Shown here in pieces: positions 33,001 through 35,800 of a DNA stretch of 35,800 nucleotides. Source of the DNA: Octopus bimaculoides. Its lineage: Eukaryota. The stretch's first letter is position 1; each line of letters opens with the position of its first letter. The DNA is taken from contig NC_068996.1 in NCBI RefSeq assembly GCF_001194135.2, positions 37,407,103 to 37,442,902 on the forward strand, in the 5' to 3' direction. The translations under genes were made by a program, and so were the position numbers. The notes beneath the pieces are model-generated. The model made no database searches. It saw nothing but the letters and a program-made list of their open reading frames with translations, and was not told the DNA's origin.

Positions 33001-33555
33001 TGTATATGTGGAAGATAACAATTTTATTTAGCTTGATGTGTGTCTTATTAAGTACAGCAAATGTATCAGTGATTTTAATTCCCTTATATTACTGCCACTG
33101 GTACACATAGCTGGATTTATAGGGGTTGTAAGGAGAAAATGGACAGTTCTCATGGACATCCCTAATATTTGATGAGTTGGTGCTTTATACTAAGAGGCGT
33201 CATTCCTGAAATTTTGCATGAAGTGATCCTCCAGCAATGTACACACATATGAATTTGTTCTGTGGTGGAATGGAATATTCAATGAAATTTCAAAAATTAC
33301 TTTTTTTTTTTTCGTCTTTGAGGTATCTTCAAAACCTCATCTTTAACCATGCAAAAAATAGAGCTTAATCTACACTTTCAGATTGAAATCTAAGTTGGAG
33401 GGTCAGTAATAAATAAGCAAAGGATGGGTACTGAGGATTCCAAGTATTGTAGAGACAAATATCTACATAAACAATCAAATCTATAAACTAGCTATAAATT
33501 AAAGATATAATTAAAAAATTTCAGTTACCTTATTGTTTCAGTTTATCAATGCTTA

Positions 33556-34409
33556 TTAACCCTTTAGCATTTAAACCAGCCATATCCAGCCAAAATCATC
33601 ATCATCATCATCATTTAGCGTCCATTGTCCATGCTGGCATGGGTTGGGCAGTTTGAGTGGGCTGGCACATGGGAAGGCTGTGCCAGAATCCAGTCTGATT
33701 TAGCATGGTTTTATATGGCTGGATCCCCTTCCTAATGCCAACTACTCTGAGAGTGTAACGGGTGCTTTTACATGCCACCGGCAAAGGTGCCATTTGTGTG
33801 ACACCAGTATCTGCCACAACTGTGATTTTGTTCAGCTTGATGAGTCTTCTTCTCAAGCACAACATAATGCCAAAGATCTTGGCCATTGCCTCCATAAGGC
33901 CCAACTCTTGAAAGGAGCTCAGCCACTTTTCCTCCATGAGGCCCAATGCTCAAAAGGAACTCAGCCATCTCACCTCTATGAGGCCCACTGCTCAAAAGGA
34001 ACTCAGCCACCTCACTTCTGTGAGGCCCAAACATTCAAGAAACTCAGCCACTTTGCCTCCATATGGCCGAGGAGCTCAGTCACTTTGCCTTCATGAAACC
34101 CAGTGCACGAAAGGAACTCAACCACTTTGCCTCCATGAAGCCCAACGCTTGAAAGGTACTCAGCCACTTTGCCTCCATGAGGCCTAACATTCAAGGTTGA
34201 TTTTTTTGTTTTTTTTAAAATATTCTACTCATTTTATGTTCAAAGTGACCAGATCCAACCTCTCACACCTACCCTACAATGTCGTTCTAAAACTAAACAA
34301 TCACATTATCAAAATGTCAAAGCTATGAGAAAATGCAGGATTAATTCAAAACAACGTAAATAAATGAGCACTAAAATTGATAGAATAATCTGAATGCTTA
34401 AAAGATTAA
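33556..34409 (-). mobile_element. piggyBac-like MITE (TTAA|CCCTTT..) split by an RTE-type insertion (about 33597-34195)
   Basis: TTAA at 33556-33559 followed by ccctttagcattt. Remainder 34196-34409 ends gaatgcttaaaagattaa; aaaat occurs near both insertion junctions. Confidence 0.6.
33893..34195. repeat. 42-bp minisatellite, about 7 copies, inside the RTE-type 3' UTR
   Basis: Unit ggcccaatgctcaaaaggaactcagccatctcacctctatga and variants. Confidence 0.85.
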
Positions 34410-34734
34410 ACAACAATGTAGATCATTTAAATACATATTCAAATATGTAAATAATTCAGATTCACAAAAATACAAGGTTAAAACATAAATATGCTTCGGA
34501 AATCTTAATAAGTTAACTAAGTGATGATAACGAGAAATCCATAATGATAACCTATGTTTATGCATTAACTTATATGTTTTGGTCATTTATGGTAGCCAAG
34601 TTATTTTTGTACATTTCCCATTGTTGGTTCCACACACACTGATAATTGTCTCTAAAACAAAAGATTGCCTTACTTTTTCAAGTTTTTTTTTTAATGTTAA
34701 TGTGTTTTCAATATATTAGAATCTACTATCTTTT

Positions 34735-35125
34735 AGCTTTTACTTGTTTCAGTCATTATACTGAGACCATGCTGGGGCACTGCCTTCAAAAATTTTAGTC
34801 AAATGAATCGACCACCAGTATTTATTTGTTATGGAGCCTGATACTTATTCTGTTAATCACTTTAGTCAAACCACTAAATTATGGGGACATAAACATACCA
34901 ACACCAGTTGTCAAGCGATACTGGAGGACAAACACAGACATAAAGACACACACACACACTAACATATATATGACTGACTTCTTTCAGTTTCCGTCTACCA
35001 AATCCACTCACACAGCTTTGGTCAGCCTGAGGCTATATTAGAAGACATCTACCCAAGGTGACATGCAGTGGGACTGAACCTAGAACCATGTGATTAAGAA
35101 GCAAGCTTCTTACCACACAGCCACA
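34735..35125 (-). mobile_element. CORE-type SINE, head + tail
   Basis: ttttacttgtttcagtcat..ccgtctaccaaatccactcac..cttaccacacagccac. Confidence 0.8.
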
Positions 35126-35454
35126 TGTTCACTTTTCAAAAAATATTTTAAATTGTTTTTGTTATTAATTTTTTTCAATGTGTTACAATTTGTTGTTATT
35201 GTCATTTTCTCGTCGTACAAAATGAAATATAAATTTGGCTAATGTTGTTTACTATACCATCTCCATGTTTACATAAAAAGGACTTCACCAATTTTGTACC
35301 TATCATTATTGCTGCTGGTGCTATTCTGCAACTTTAGCTTTCATTTTCTATTTTTTTTTTTTTTTTTTTNNNNNNNNNNTTTTTTTTTTTTTTTGTTTGC
35401 TAATCTTTATCTTTCATGTTCTCTACGGTTACCAATTTTCAGCTATCTCTGTCA

Positions 35455-35800
35455 AGCATCATCATCATCATCATTTTTAATGTTCACTTTCCATGCTAGC
35501 ATGAGTTAGACAGTTTGACTGGAATTGGTAAGCTGGAGAGCTGCACCAGGTTCCAGTCTGATTTGGCCTGGGTTTCTACAGCTGAATGCCCTTCCTAATG
35601 CCAACCACTTTATAGTGTGTGCTGATTGCTAGAGGTGGCAAGCTAGAGAGTTGCACCAGGTTCCAGTCTGATTTGGCCTGGTTTCTACAGCTGGATGCCC
35701 TTCCTAATGCCAACCACTTTATAGTGTGTGCTGAGTGCTAGAGGTGGCAAGCTGGAGAGCTGCACCAGGTTCCAGTCTGATTTGGCATGGTTTCTATGAT
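35455..35800 (-). repeat. RTE-type 3' end whose core is amplified as a 109-110-bp tandem repeat (2.5 or more copies, runs off the window)
   Basis: agct(g/a)gagag.tgcaccaggttccagtctgatttggc at 35531, 35641 and 35750. Confidence 0.85.

Larger units (their letters stand above)
1042..35379. other. Assembly gaps (N): 1042-1435, 2926-3739, 5029-5908, 13518-14397, 19104-19272, 22904-23741, 35370-35379
   Basis: Directly visible; several begin or end at microsatellites. Confidence 1.

Noticed and set aside
33893-34195. CRISPR-like array (also the 25-bp repeats at 27237-27475)
   Set aside because: Contiguous tandem units with no unique spacers, no cas genes, and a eukaryotic context.
1978-35125. tRNA genes
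   Set aside because: A/B boxes belong to SINE heads that continue into CORE or other SINE bodies; no complete cloverleaf.

Overview
AT-rich, gapped eukaryotic scaffold. From the repeat families I infer a cephalopod, most likely Octopus. The only host gene I can support is GLE1 (mRNA-export factor, + strand). Its last three coding exons are at 10678-10890, 11794-11984 and 28046-28490, and they splice in frame through canonical GT-AG introns of 0.9 kb and 16 kb. Earlier exons were not found and may lie upstream or in the N gaps. Nearly everything else is transposon-derived: tRNA/CORE-type SINEs, a second tRNA-derived SINE, many RTE-LINE 3' ends and RT fragments, two decayed Penelope-like (RT + GIY-YIG) elements, R4/Dong LINE pieces at (TAA)n, MITEs, a solo LTR and microsatellites. 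The most interesting signal is a set of minimal type-I hammerhead-ribozyme motifs (CUGANGA-stem II-GAAA-palindromic stem III-NUH). At least four different palindromes occur, often as inverted pairs in short non-coding units between (TA)n tracts, and two units have a tRNA-like Pol III head. One near-canonical copy lies sense within the large GLE1 intron. Other observations: GLE1 appears to lack the KK motif used for IP6 binding in yeast and human; a MITE carries a head-to-head TTAGGG/CCCTAA hairpin; and a SINE fold-back fills the short GLE1 intron. All family assignments are by eye and from memory. No searches were run.
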